In this document: positions 44,640 to 44,760 of the stretch, in pieces
Numbering within the stretch: the first letter of the stretch is position 1
Layout of the letters: each line of letters starts with the position of its first letter
Notes under the pieces: generated by a model
Database searches by the model: none
What the model saw: only the letters and a program-made list of their open reading frames with translations
What the model was told of the DNA's origin: nothing
Assembly: GCA_041737385.1 (NCBI GenBank)
Contig: JBGSRU010000010.1
Coordinates: 1 to 44,760 of the forward strand
Direction: 5' to 3'
Origin: Candidatus Saccharimonadales bacterium
GTDB taxonomy: Bacteria > Patescibacteriota > Saccharimonadia > Saccharimonadales > SZUA-47
Length of the DNA stretch: 44,760 nt
Program-made: the position numbers and the translations under genes

Positions 44640-44760
44640 GGCTGATACCAGGCAATACCTTCGTCTATCCAGAAGCCATTTTGAAGTAGTGTGTTTCTTT
44701 CGTTTACGTCACCCGTCAGAAGATGTACTCCCCCTAAAGATGGAGCATAAAGTCTGTAAG
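44636..44760 (-). CDS. 3' end of a surface protein with a DUF5648-like repeat (partial)
   Basis: Manual translation ..YRLYAPSLGGVHLLTGDVNERNTLLQNGFWIDEGIAWYQP*; its stop overlaps the convergent GT stop. Confidence 0.7.
   Translation of the reverse strand, partial: YRLYAPSLGGVHLLTGDVNERNTLLQNGFWIDEGIAWYQP

Overview
Bacterial chromosomal window spanning the replication origin. It most resembles Patescibacteria/CPR, Saccharibacteria-like (inference from gene content; TGA is used as stop, so not code 25). Left part (1-13.5 kb, + strand): a monoderm-type conjugation-like T4SS operon (PrgI/VirB3-like, VirB4-associated protein, VirB4 ATPase, a large membrane protein with SGNH and Zn DD-peptidase domains, a lysozyme-like + NlpC/P60 hydrolase), with no relaxase or integrase in view. 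It is interrupted by a ~500-bp four-helix-bundle cassette bounded by inverted 7-nt-periodic repeats; both repeat arms are translated and coupled to neighbouring genes. Middle part (13.5-19.7 kb): recF-dnaN-[oriC]-dnaA-[DnaA boxes]-rpmH-rnpA-yidC-jag. Then a surface SGNH esterase with a small partner gene, and a >21-kb AT-rich surface-glycan locus (GT2/GT4 enzymes, O-antigen-ligase-like protein, wzm/wzt, aminotransferase, ATP-grasp, TylF methyltransferase, dehydratase). All calls come from reading the sequence and motifs; no searches were run.
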